Origin: Microbacterium sp.
Lineage (GTDB): Bacteria; Actinomycetota; Actinomycetes; Actinomycetales; Microbacteriaceae
Length of the DNA: 34,217 nucleotides
NCBI GenBank assembly: GCA_031286555.1
Contig: JAITUD010000059.1
Location: forward strand, 1-34,217
Reading direction: 5' to 3'
Each line of letters begins with the position of its first letter. Position 1 is the stretch's first letter. Positions 17,358 to 26,856 of the stretch are shown here, one piece after another. The notes beneath the pieces are model-generated. The model saw nothing but the letters and a program-made list of their open reading frames with translations. It was not told the origin of the DNA and did no database searches. Both the position numbers and the translations under genes were made by a program.

Positions 17358-18517
17358 CCCGCATCCGCATCGCCGTCATCGGCCTCGGTGCCATCAGCCA
17401 GAGCGTGCACCTTCCGCTGCTCCAGCGCAACGGTCACCGGTTCGACGTGGTCGCCCTCGTCGACCTCTCCGGTGAGCGGGTCACGGACATGGCGGCACGC
17501 TACGGCGTGGCTGCGGCAGGGCGCTTCAGCTCCGTCGAGGCGCTGGTCTCGGCCGTGGAGAGCGGTGAACTCGCTGTCGACGCGGCCATCCTCGCCACCT
17601 CCGGTTCGCACGCGGGCGATACGCAGCGTCTCGTGGGTGCAGGGCTGCGGGTGCTCGCGGAGAAGCCGTTGTCGTACTCCCTCGGCGAGCTCGAGGAGCT
17701 GGAGGCGTTCGCCGCCGAGACGGGCATCGACCTGAGCGACCGGGTGCGCGTGGGCTACATGAAGGAGTACGACCACGCGTCGCTCCGAGCCCGCGAACTC
17801 CTCGCCGGCGTGAAGCTCAGGGCGGTCAGCATCGAGGTCATGCACCCGGTCGACGGCGCGCAGCTCGAGTTCGCGCGGCTCGCGGCGCCCACCGCCGACG
17901 TCACGCCGGAGATGCTCGCACCGCTCATCGCCGGCACCGACGCCGTCGTGGATCGCGCGATCGGCACCGATCTGCCGAAGGACGTGCGCGCGCTCTACAC
18001 GAACGTCGTGCTGGGGTCGATCGTGCACGACATCGGCCTGCTGCGCATGCTCGTCGGCGGACTCGGCGACGTGCGGCACGCTGAGCACTGGGGCGGGAAG
18101 ATGCCCGGCTCGGTGCATCTGCGCGGCGAACTCGCTCGGGAGCAGACGCCATGGTCGATCGACTGGCACTACATCGACGGCTATCCGGACTACCGGGAGA
18201 CGGTCACCTTCCACCATGAGACCGGTTCGGTCGAGCTCGTGTTCGGTGTTCCGTACGTCACCAACCTGCCCACGATCCTGCGAGTGCGCGAGGCGCGGGA
18301 CGAACTCGGATCCGCCGTCACCGAGACCCGCTGGATGCAGCAGGAGGCGTTCGAGAACGAGCTCTTCGCGCTCGAGGCGATGGTCCGCGGCGAACGCCCG
18401 CAGGGCGCGGGCGTGGCCGAGTCGATCGCTGACGTTCGCACCGGTCAGCGGATGATCCGCGCCATCGCGTCGTCCAAGGGCCTCGTGCTCGATCCGAGTG
18501 CGGAAGCCGCGCAATAG
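17354..18517 (+). CDS. Gfo/Idh/MocA family NAD(P)-dependent oxidoreductase (candidate inositol or inositol-derivative dehydrogenase)
   Basis: IAVIGLGAIS Rossmann motif; AEKPL; VGYMKEYD; GSIVHD; ATGA overlap with the iolE-like gene. Confidence 0.85.
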   Translation: MTRIRIAVIGLGAISQSVHLPLLQRNGHRFDVVALVDLSGERVTDMAARYGVAAAGRFSSVEALVSAVESGELAVDAAILATSGSHAGDTQRLVGAGLRVLAEKPLSYSLGELEELEAFAAETGIDLSDRVRVGYMKEYDHASLRARELLAGVKLRAVSIEVMHPVDGAQLEFARLAAPTADVTPEMLAPLIAGTDAVVDRAIGTDLPKDVRALYTNVVLGSIVHDIGLLRMLVGGLGDVRHAEHWGGKMPGSVHLRGELAREQTPWSIDWHYIDGYPDYRETVTFHHETGSVELVFGVPYVTNLPTILRVREARDELGSAVTETRWMQQEAFENELFALEAMVRGERPQGAGVAESIADVRTGQRMIRAIASSKGLVLDPSAEAAQ

Positions 18518-18580
18518 CCACACACATGCAGTACCCGAAGGTGGGGCCGTGAGGCGCCCCGCCGCAGAGAAAGGTCAATC

Positions 18581-19990
18581 ATGCACAGCAAGACACAGCG
18601 TCGTGTTCTCACGATGTTCGCGGTCGCCACTGCCGGCGCCGTGGTCCTGGCCGGCTGCTCCGGAGGTTCGGAGCCGAAGGCGGAGGACGACTCCGGGCCG
18701 GTCACCCTCACCCTCACGACGAACTCGATCACGGGCGGCAAGAACGCCGCCGAGGCCGACTGGATCAACGACTACGTGATCCCGGGATTCGAGAAGGCGA
18801 TGAAGGCCGACGGCAAGGACGTCACGGTCGAGTTCCAGCCCCAGGGCGTCGACGACGAGGACTACAAGACCAAGATCGCGCTCGACCTGCAGTCCGGCAA
18901 GGGCGCCGACATCATCGGCATGGACGGCATCTGGGTGGGCGAGTTCGCCGAGGCGGGCTACATCAAGCCGCTCTCCGAGGTCGGCGGAAGCGCCGTCGAC
19001 AAGTGGGACGGCTGGGAGCAGATCCCGGATGCCGTGCAGAACGCGCTGTCCTTCGAGGGCAAGCGCTATGGGGTTCCGCAGGGCGCCGACGGTCGCGTGC
19101 TGTACTACAACAAGGAGCTCTTCAAGAAGGCAGGCCTGCCCGCCGACTGGCAGCCGACCAGCTGGGACGACGTCCTCGACGCGGGCCGTGACCTGAAGAA
19201 GGTCAAGGGCGTGACGCCGATCCAGCTCAACGCCGGAACGGCGATGGGCGAGGCGACCACGATGCAGGGTCTGCTGCCGATTCTCGCCGGCACGGGCTCG
19301 GAGGTGTACAAGGACGGCAAGTGGATCGGTGACGACTCGGGCCTGAAGAAGTCGCTCGATCTGTACCGGACGATCTACGTCGATGAGAAGCTCGGTGACC
19401 CCGTGCTCCAGCAGGAGGCCTCCGGTCGAGACACCTCCTTCCAGCTCTTCGCCGAGAACAAGATCGGCATCCTGATGGAGGGCGACTACTTCTGGCGTGC
19501 CGTGATCAACCCCGAGGAGGGTGTCGGAACGGCGCCGATGAAGAATCGGGATGAGGCAGTCGGCTACACCAAGATCCCCTCGATGGAGCCGGGCAAGGGT
19601 GTGAACGGCCAGGACTTCGTATCGATGTCCGGCGGAACGGGACGCGTGCTGAACCCCAATTCGAAGCATCCCGAACTGGCGTGGGAGCTGCTCGCATTCA
19701 TGAACACGCCGGAGGCGTACGAGGCGCGCAACGCGGGGACCGTGTCGATCACTCCGCGCAAGGACGTGAACGAGAAGGTGCTCGCATCCGATCCGATGCT
19801 CACGTTCGTGAACGACGAAGTGCTGCCGATCACCTCGTACCGTCCGGGTCTGGCCGCATACCCGCAGGTGTCCGTGCTGCTGCAGCAGGCGACCCTCGAC
19901 GTGGCCACCGGAAAGTCGGTGAACGACGCGATGAAGACGTACGTCACCGCTCTCAAGGGCGTCGTCGGCGCCGACAACATCTCGAAGTGA
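18581..19990 (+). CDS. Carbohydrate ABC transporter substrate-binding lipoprotein (CUT1)
   Basis: Lipobox VLAGC; DGIWVGEFAEAG; LYYNKELFKKAGL; PTSWDD. Confidence 0.92.
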   Translation: MHSKTQRRVLTMFAVATAGAVVLAGCSGGSEPKAEDDSGPVTLTLTTNSITGGKNAAEADWINDYVIPGFEKAMKADGKDVTVEFQPQGVDDEDYKTKIALDLQSGKGADIIGMDGIWVGEFAEAGYIKPLSEVGGSAVDKWDGWEQIPDAVQNALSFEGKRYGVPQGADGRVLYYNKELFKKAGLPADWQPTSWDDVLDAGRDLKKVKGVTPIQLNAGTAMGEATTMQGLLPILAGTGSEVYKDGKWIGDDSGLKKSLDLYRTIYVDEKLGDPVLQQEASGRDTSFQLFAENKIGILMEGDYFWRAVINPEEGVGTAPMKNRDEAVGYTKIPSMEPGKGVNGQDFVSMSGGTGRVLNPNSKHPELAWELLAFMNTPEAYEARNAGTVSITPRKDVNEKVLASDPMLTFVNDEVLPITSYRPGLAAYPQVSVLLQQATLDVATGKSVNDAMKTYVTALKGVVGADNISK

Positions 19991-19994
19991 CCTC

Positions 19995-20939
19995 ATGACT
20001 CAAGCAACGATTCCGGCGGGGAGCGTGTCCGCTCCCCGCCGGCGCCGGGCGGAGGACGTCGCCGGTCTCGGAAAGGCCAGGGCGACGCTGTTCGCGGCCC
20101 CTGGCCTTCTGCTGATCGGGCTCTTCCTGCTCTTCCCGGCGATCTGGACGGTCTACCTCGGTATGACCGACTATCGGCTGACCGGTTTCGCCGCCGCGAA
20201 CCCGCACTTCGTCGGCTTCGAGAACTTCTCCACCGCACTGAACGATCCGCGGTTCTGGAACTCCCTGTGGCTCACTCTGGTCTTCGTGCTCATCTCGGGC
20301 ATCATCGGCCAGACCGTGCTCGGATTCTCGCTGGCGTGGATGCTGCGGAACGTCCGCGGCTGGGTGAAGACCTCTGTCGAGACCCTCGTCCTGGCCGCCT
20401 GGGTCATCCCGGCATCGGTCGCCTCGTTCCTGTGGCTCGCCCTGCTGGACCGGCGCAACGGAACCCTCAACGCACTCGCGGGAACGGATGGCTACGCCTG
20501 GCTCATCCAGCACCCGATGGAGTGCATCATCATCTTCAACATCTGGGTGGGGACCGCGTTCTCCATGCAGCTGTTCTCCTCGGCGATCAGCGCGGTCCCG
20601 CCTTCGCAGCTCGAGAGCGCTCGGATGGTCGGTGCGAACACCTGGCAGCAGCTGCGCGACGTCATCCTGCCGAACATCAAGGGCCACCTGCTCACCAACA
20701 CGCTGCTCATCACGCTGTGGACGTTCAACACGTTCACGCCGTACCTGCTCACGGCGGGCGGCCCGAACGGCGCCACCGACATCCTCTCGGTGTACATCTA
20801 CCAGACGGCGATCCCCGGCGGTCAGCTCGGACTCGGCGCAGCGATCTCGCTCATCATGCTGGTGATCAACCTCGTGATCGCACTGATGTACACGCGGGCG
20901 GCGGGCGCAGGAAAGAAGAGGAAGAAGGTGCGCTCATGA
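19995..20939 (+). CDS. Carbohydrate ABC transporter permease (MalF-like)
   Basis: FVGFENF; ESARMVGA EAA loop; LLTAGGP. Confidence 0.92.
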   Translation: MTQATIPAGSVSAPRRRRAEDVAGLGKARATLFAAPGLLLIGLFLLFPAIWTVYLGMTDYRLTGFAAANPHFVGFENFSTALNDPRFWNSLWLTLVFVLISGIIGQTVLGFSLAWMLRNVRGWVKTSVETLVLAAWVIPASVASFLWLALLDRRNGTLNALAGTDGYAWLIQHPMECIIIFNIWVGTAFSMQLFSSAISAVPPSQLESARMVGANTWQQLRDVILPNIKGHLLTNTLLITLWTFNTFTPYLLTAGGPNGATDILSVYIYQTAIPGGQLGLGAAISLIMLVINLVIALMYTRAAGAGKKRKKVRS

Positions 20940-21790
20940 TCGCCTCCGTCAAGACCGTGTCACGCGATCGGACCGTCGTCCATTTCGTCTCCCGCATCCT
21001 CTTCACGATCGTGCTGGTGATCGTCTCGCTGTTCTTCGCGCTGCCGATGGTCTGGCTCGTGCTCGCGCCGTTCGACGCGAACCCGACGCTCAACGTCTCC
21101 TGGCCGGACTGGACGCTGGACAACTTCGCCCGGCTGGCGGAGAACCCCTACGCGCTGCACTCGATCCTCAACTCGCTGATCCTGGGTGTGGGGACGATGA
21201 TCCTCGTCCTGGTCCTGGGAGCGCTGGCCTCATATGCCATGAGCCGGATCAACATTCCGGGGCGCAACGGCATCCTCTACGCGCTGCTGCTGCTGTCGTC
21301 GATCGTGACGGGAACCGCCGCGATGGTCCCGACGTTCCAGCTGATCACCCAGCTGCAGATGATCAACACCCACATCGGCGTCATCCTCGTGCTCGCCGGG
21401 GGCATCCTGCCCACCGTCATCTTCATCCTGAAGGACTTCATGGACTCGATCCCGAAGTCCTATGAGGAGTCGGCCCGCCTGTACGGCGCCGGCCCGTTCC
21501 GGATTCTGAAGGACGTGGTCGTGCCGATCGCCCGGCCCGGCCTGGCGTTCATCGCGATCTGGACGATCGTGCAGGTCTGGGGCAACTTCCTCGTTCCGTT
21601 CCTGCTGCTGCGCACACCCGACATGCAGCCGGCAGCCGTGCTGATGTACACGTTCTACACCGAGAGCGGACAGGCCGATCTCCGCCTGATCTCGGCGTTC
21701 TCGCTCGTGTTCTCGGTGCCGGTGCTGCTCATCTACTTCTTTGTGAACCGACGATTCGGTTTCCGCTTCCACGGAGGGATCAAGTCCTGA
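20936..21790 (+). CDS. Carbohydrate ABC transporter permease (MalG-like)
   Basis: TLDNF; FMDSIPKSYEESARLYGA; WGNF; ATGA overlap with the upstream permease. Confidence 0.92.
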   Translation: MIASVKTVSRDRTVVHFVSRILFTIVLVIVSLFFALPMVWLVLAPFDANPTLNVSWPDWTLDNFARLAENPYALHSILNSLILGVGTMILVLVLGALASYAMSRINIPGRNGILYALLLLSSIVTGTAAMVPTFQLITQLQMINTHIGVILVLAGGILPTVIFILKDFMDSIPKSYEESARLYGAGPFRILKDVVVPIARPGLAFIAIWTIVQVWGNFLVPFLLLRTPDMQPAAVLMYTFYTESGQADLRLISAFSLVFSVPVLLIYFFVNRRFGFRFHGGIKS

Positions 21791-22863
21791 TGGCCGCCAT
21801 CATTGCAAAAGAGCTCGTCAAGGAGTACCCCGGCGGGGTGCGCGGCGTCGACAGCATGGATGTGGAGATCGCCGACGGCGAGTTCTTCGCCCTGCTCGGT
21901 CCGTCCGGATGCGGGAAGACCACGCTGCTCCGATCGATCGCCGGGCTGGAGAGCATCACCTCGGGGACGCTCTCCATCGGTGAGAAGGACGTCACGAACG
22001 CCGAACCGGGCGACCGCGGCGTCGCGATGGTCTTCCAGGACTACGCGCTCTTCCCCCACATGGATGTGGGCGACAACATCGCCTATCCGCTGCGGATCAG
22101 GCGCGTCGCGAAGGGCGAGCGAAGGGCGACCGCGCAGTCGGTGGCCGACGGGCTGTCCCTGGACGGCCTGATCGAGCGCCGTCCTGGTCAGCTCTCGGGC
22201 GGTCAGCAGCAGCGCGTGGCGCTCGCACGCGCCGTCGCGACCCGCCCCGAAGTGCTGCTGCTCGACGAGCCGCTGTCCAACCTCGACGCCCGGCTGCGCC
22301 TGGAGGCCAGGACCTTCCTCAAGGAGCTGCAGAGCGACCTCGGCGTCACCACGGTCTTCGTGACCCACGACCAGGCGGAGGCGCTCGCCCTCGCCGACCG
22401 GATCGCCGTCATGAAGGCCGGGAAGCTGCAGCAGATCGGCACGCCCAAGGAGGTGTTCCACCGGCCGAACAACACCTTCGTCGCAGGCTTCATCGGTGCT
22501 GTGCCGATGAACCTGCTGCCGACGACCGTGACGAACGGCAGGGTGCAGATCGGCGACGCGCGGATCCCCGTACCGGAGGAGAGCGCCGGCAGGGTCACGG
22601 AGGGGCAGGAGGTCATCTGGGGCATCCGTCCGGAGTACCTGCGCTGGTCGACCGAAGAGGTGGCCGGGGCTGTCCCGGCTGAGGTCATCGTGACGGAGAA
22701 CCTCGGTGCGACGGCGCTGATCCTCGTCGCCGCCGGCGAGCAGAAGCTGCAGATCGTCGTACCGGAGGAGCAGGAGCCGGCCCGCGGATCGCGGGGCTGG
22801 GTCGTCCCGCAGAGCAGTCGCGCCCTGCTCTTCGACGCCTCGAGCACGGAGCGGATCGGCTGA
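21790..22863 (+). CDS. Sugar ABC transporter ATP-binding protein (MalK/MsiK-like)
   Basis: GPSGCGKTT; MVFQDYALFPH; LSGGQQQR; LLDEPLSNLD; GIRPE TOBE region. Confidence 0.93.
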   Translation: MAAIIAKELVKEYPGGVRGVDSMDVEIADGEFFALLGPSGCGKTTLLRSIAGLESITSGTLSIGEKDVTNAEPGDRGVAMVFQDYALFPHMDVGDNIAYPLRIRRVAKGERRATAQSVADGLSLDGLIERRPGQLSGGQQQRVALARAVATRPEVLLLDEPLSNLDARLRLEARTFLKELQSDLGVTTVFVTHDQAEALALADRIAVMKAGKLQQIGTPKEVFHRPNNTFVAGFIGAVPMNLLPTTVTNGRVQIGDARIPVPEESAGRVTEGQEVIWGIRPEYLRWSTEEVAGAVPAEVIVTENLGATALILVAAGEQKLQIVVPEEQEPARGSRGWVVPQSSRALLFDASSTERIG

Positions 22864-24119
22864 TGGGCTCCACCCGCACCACCCTCCACCTCACGCACGA
22901 GATGCAGAACGAGGACCGCTACGTCCTCGTGCCGTTCGAGGTGCCCGCAGGCGTCGACTCCGTCGAGGTCCGCATCTCCTATGATCGCGACGCGGCGGTG
23001 ATCGACCTGGGCTGCGAAGGCGCGGCGGGGTGGCGGGGCTGGTCGGGCGGTGCGCGGACCGAGTACGTGATCCGTCCGGACGATGCGACACCCGGATACC
23101 TGCCGGGGCGCCCTGAGGCCGGCCAGTGGGCAGTCGTCCTCGGCGTGCACCGGCTTCCGGAGGGCGGAGCGCCCGTGCAGGTCGAAGTGCTGATGCCGGC
23201 CGAAGGCGGAATCGATCACGGTCCGGAGGCGGTGCCCGTGACCAGGGCGATCCGGGGGAGTGACCGGGGTCTGCCCGCCGCAGACGGACTGCGCTGGTAC
23301 GCCGGCGACTTCCACGCCCACACGCTGCACTCCGACGGCAGGGAGAGCATCTCGGGCCTGGCATCCCTCGGCGTGCAGGCCGGGCTCGACTTCCTCTCCG
23401 TCACGGACCACAACACCACGAGCCACCACGCTCATCTGCGACCGGTGGGGGACCGGCACGGGATCACCCTGCTGCCCGGCCAGGAGGTCACCACCCATCG
23501 AGGTCACGCCAACGCCTTCGGCGACATCGGCTGGATCGACTTCCGCCGCCCCGCGCAGACGTGGGTCGACGAGGTCGAGCGCCGCGGCGGCGTGCTCAGT
23601 GTGAACCACCCGATCTCGGGCGACTGCTCCTGGCTGCATCCTCTCGAGCGACGCCCGAGGGCGATCGAGCTGTGGCACTCCACGTGGTACCGCGAGCTCA
23701 TCGACACCGCGCCCTTCGCCTATCACGCGCTCTGGCCGGCCGGGGCGACCCTGCTGGGCGGCGCCGACTTCCACATGCGCAGCCAGGGCGTCGGGCCGGG
23801 GACGCCGACGACGTGGGTCGCCGCAGAGGATCCCTCAGCAGAGGCCATCCTCGCCGGAGTCGCCGCAGGGCGCACCGCGATCATGGGCGGTCTGAAGCAG
23901 CGCGAGGGACTCACCGTCCCCGACCTGCTGACCGCCCCTGTCCTGCTGCGCCTCGATGGTGACGTCGTGGCCATCGACGCGGACGGGCTCGTGCTCGTCG
24001 ACGGGCTGGGAGCCCGCCGCATGGTCAGGGGCGACCGCGTCTCGTTCGACGCCGATCCGGCGACCGGCCCCTACTACCTGCTTCATCCCGATCGGCAGAT
24101 CGCCGCACTCTGCGCCTGA
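22863..24119 (+). CDS. PHP-domain metallohydrolase (CehA/McbA family)
   Basis: GDFHAHTLHSDG; VTDHN; PGQEVTTHRGHAN; NHP; GGADFH; no signal peptide. Confidence 0.85.
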   Translation: MGSTRTTLHLTHEMQNEDRYVLVPFEVPAGVDSVEVRISYDRDAAVIDLGCEGAAGWRGWSGGARTEYVIRPDDATPGYLPGRPEAGQWAVVLGVHRLPEGGAPVQVEVLMPAEGGIDHGPEAVPVTRAIRGSDRGLPAADGLRWYAGDFHAHTLHSDGRESISGLASLGVQAGLDFLSVTDHNTTSHHAHLRPVGDRHGITLLPGQEVTTHRGHANAFGDIGWIDFRRPAQTWVDEVERRGGVLSVNHPISGDCSWLHPLERRPRAIELWHSTWYRELIDTAPFAYHALWPAGATLLGGADFHMRSQGVGPGTPTTWVAAEDPSAEAILAGVAAGRTAIMGGLKQREGLTVPDLLTAPVLLRLDGDVVAIDADGLVLVDGLGARRMVRGDRVSFDADPATGPYYLLHPDRQIAALCA

Positions 24120-24150
24120 CCGAACCTCACAGAACCCGGAGATCCCGCCC

Positions 24151-26856
24151 GTGACCAGCAGCCAGATCGTCGTCGTCCCGCACACCCATTGGGACCGCGA
24201 ATGGTACGAACCGCATGACGTGTTCCGCCTGCGCCTCGTGCACATGCTCGATCGCCTCCTGGGCATGCTCGAGTCCGAGCCGGAGTACCGGTTCACGCTC
24301 GACGGGCAGGCCGCGGCGATCGAGGACTACCTCGAGATGCGCCCGGAGAACCGTGACCGTGTGGTCGCTCTCGTCGAACGGGGACAGCTCAGCCTCGGAC
24401 CGTTCCTCATCCTTCTCGACGAGTTCGGATGCGACGGCGAGACGATCATCCGCAATCTCGAACTCGGCCGTGCGGCCAGCACGCGCCTCGGGGGCACCAT
24501 GCCGGTCGGCTATCTGCCCGACATGTTCGGCCACGCCGCGCAGATGCCGCAGATCCTGAGCGGGTTCGGCATCCGGCACGCCGCCCTCTGGCGTGGAGTC
24601 CCCGCGGCGATCGAGAACCACGCCTTCGCCTGGGTCGCGCCCAACGGCGACGCGGTGCGCTGCGAGTACATCTTCGACGGTTACGGCAACGGGCTCGACA
24701 TGTTCGCGCTGCCCGGTCAGCTGCCCGAACTCGCACCGGACTACGCGGCACGCACGGCGTCCTGGTACGGGGAGGAACCGGTGATGGCGATGCTCGGCAC
24801 CGACCACTCCGCGCCCCCGGAGGACCTGGTCGAGGTGATCCGCGACTACGAGTCTCGGGGGCAGGAGCCGCAGCTGGTGATCGCCACCCTCGACGCGCAC
24901 CTCGCCCGCTACGCGACCGATGCGCAGGCGCTGTCGACGCTCCCGGAAGTGCGCGGCGAGATGCGCTCGCACGCCCGCGGCAACCTGCTGCCGGGTGTCT
25001 TCTCGATCCGGACCGACCTCAAGGCCGAGATGGCCCGCTCCGAGCGCGCGCTGACCATCGCCGAGCGACTCGACCTGCTCTACGGACGTCGCGACCACCG
25101 CGCGTTCTTCGACACCGCCTGGTATCGGATCGTCGAGAGCACTGCGCACGACTCCGTCACCGGATGCGGCGTGGACGCGACGGCCGAGCAGGTGGGCACG
25201 CGCATCCATACCGCCGGGCACATCGCCCGGGGCGTGATCGACGACGTGCTTCACGAGCTGTCATCGAGCACGACTCCCGACCGGCACCTGGTGTTCAACC
25301 CGTCCGGATTCACCAGGAGGACCCAGGTCGAAGTCACGCTGCACGGTGTCGGCGGGAGCGAACCGTCCAGCGGCGTCCAGCTGCTCGCACCGCTGCCGAC
25401 CGTGCTCGGCGACGAGCAGATGCGCACCGACGAACTGACCAGGATCCTCCGTCGCATCCACGGGCGCGAGCTCTTCGGCCAGCAGATCAACGGCTACGAA
25501 TGGGGCGAGCAGTCGCTGCGCTTCCGGGTGGCGGAGAGCCCCACCGGTGTGTGGGATCTCGCGGCCTTCACCGCGGAGCTGGAGGAGCGCGTGCGCGCCG
25601 ACGCCGATGGCGCTGACATCTGGCACGTGGAGACGATCGCCGATCCACGGCATCGCGCGCTGCTGGCTGCCGACGTGGACGGGCTCGGCCTGAGCGTCGT
25701 CTCGGAGGTCACGGCACCCGCTCCGATCGACCCGGTGCAGGTGACCGCAGACTCCCTCAGGAACGGCCGGCTGACGGCGACCGTCGCCCCCGAAGGCACC
25801 GTGCGCCTCGTGACTGCGACGGGCACCGTCATCGAAGGCGCCCTCGCGCTGGTGGACGACGGCGACTGCGGCGATTCGTACAACTACGGGCCGGTCGATA
25901 CGGCATCCGCCGTCGCTGTGCCGTCGTCGGTGCAGACCAGCGTCCTGGAGGAGGGCCCGCTGCGCGGGCGCCTGCTGATCCGGCGTGTGTACGAGCTGCC
26001 GGAGCGGCTCGGCGAGGATCGTCGTCGCTCGGCGTCCACGGTGCCACTGGTCACGGAGACCATCGTGGAGCTTCGTGACGGCGAGGACTTCCTCCGGGTC
26101 TCGATCGACTACGTGAACACGGCCTCAGATCACCGCCTGCGGATCCTCGTCCCCACGGCCGGCACCGACCTCGACCGGTCTCGGAGCACCGGGCAGTACG
26201 GCACGACGGTGCGCGGACGCGAGGCGGAGGGAGGATGGGGGGAGTTCCCGCTGCCGACATACCCCGCCTACCGATCCGTGTCGGCCGGTGAGGTCTCCGT
26301 CCTCGTGCAGAAGCTCACCGAGTACGAACTCGTCTCCCGGGACGGCGCGGATGACGCCCTGGCCCTGACCCTCTCGCGCTCCGTCGGCATGATGAGCGTC
26401 AACGTGCATCCGCTGCGCGACGAGCCGGCGGGGTCTGAGATCCCTGTGCCCGGTGCCCAGTACCTCGGTGTCGCCGTGCACACCGAACTCGCGATCGTCG
26501 TCGGTTCGGACGACGCCACGGTCAACAGGGCAGCGGACCTCTTCCGCCTCGACCCGCTCGTCGTCCGCGGCAGCGGTGCCTCGGACCGGACGCTTCCCGT
26601 CCCTGCCGTGCAGGGTGCGACAGCGGGTGGCGACGTGATCCTCGAGTCCGCTCGCCGCGTCGACGGCATGGCGGAACTGCGCTTCGTCAACTACCTCGAC
26701 GAGGAGCGCCCACTGGCGTTCGCCGCCTCGGGGGAGTGGACCAGGACGGACCTCGCCGGTTCTGCGGAGGGCATCACCGACGTGGTGGCGACGGCAGTGC
26801 CCGGCGGACAGGTGCTCACGATCAGGCAGCCCCTCGAGAGCGGTGCCCGCCGATGA
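24151..26856 (+). CDS. Glycoside hydrolase family 38 alpha-mannosidase (cytoplasmic)
   Basis: Zn-binding HTHWDREWY; FTLDGQ; nucleophile YLPDMFGH; AHDSVTGC; DCGDSYNY; GGAG before GTG 24151. Confidence 0.9.
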   Translation: MTSSQIVVVPHTHWDREWYEPHDVFRLRLVHMLDRLLGMLESEPEYRFTLDGQAAAIEDYLEMRPENRDRVVALVERGQLSLGPFLILLDEFGCDGETIIRNLELGRAASTRLGGTMPVGYLPDMFGHAAQMPQILSGFGIRHAALWRGVPAAIENHAFAWVAPNGDAVRCEYIFDGYGNGLDMFALPGQLPELAPDYAARTASWYGEEPVMAMLGTDHSAPPEDLVEVIRDYESRGQEPQLVIATLDAHLARYATDAQALSTLPEVRGEMRSHARGNLLPGVFSIRTDLKAEMARSERALTIAERLDLLYGRRDHRAFFDTAWYRIVESTAHDSVTGCGVDATAEQVGTRIHTAGHIARGVIDDVLHELSSSTTPDRHLVFNPSGFTRRTQVEVTLHGVGGSEPSSGVQLLAPLPTVLGDEQMRTDELTRILRRIHGRELFGQQINGYEWGEQSLRFRVAESPTGVWDLAAFTAELEERVRADADGADIWHVETIADPRHRALLAADVDGLGLSVVSEVTAPAPIDPVQVTADSLRNGRLTATVAPEGTVRLVTATGTVIEGALALVDDGDCGDSYNYGPVDTASAVAVPSSVQTSVLEEGPLRGRLLIRRVYELPERLGEDRRRSASTVPLVTETIVELRDGEDFLRVSIDYVNTASDHRLRILVPTAGTDLDRSRSTGQYGTTVRGREAEGGWGEFPLPTYPAYRSVSAGEVSVLVQKLTEYELVSRDGADDALALTLSRSVGMMSVNVHPLRDEPAGSEIPVPGAQYLGVAVHTELAIVVGSDDATVNRAADLFRLDPLVVRGSGASDRTLPVPAVQGATAGGDVILESARRVDGMAELRFVNYLDEERPLAFAASGEWTRTDLAGSAEGITDVVATAVPGGQVLTIRQPLESGARR

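Noticed and set aside
18541-18562. Small hairpin (GTGGGGC...GCCCCGC) upstream of the sugar-binding protein, and another at 16352-16369
   Set aside because: Short GC-rich stems without U-tracts. They could be mRNA-stabilising elements but are not distinguishable from chance.
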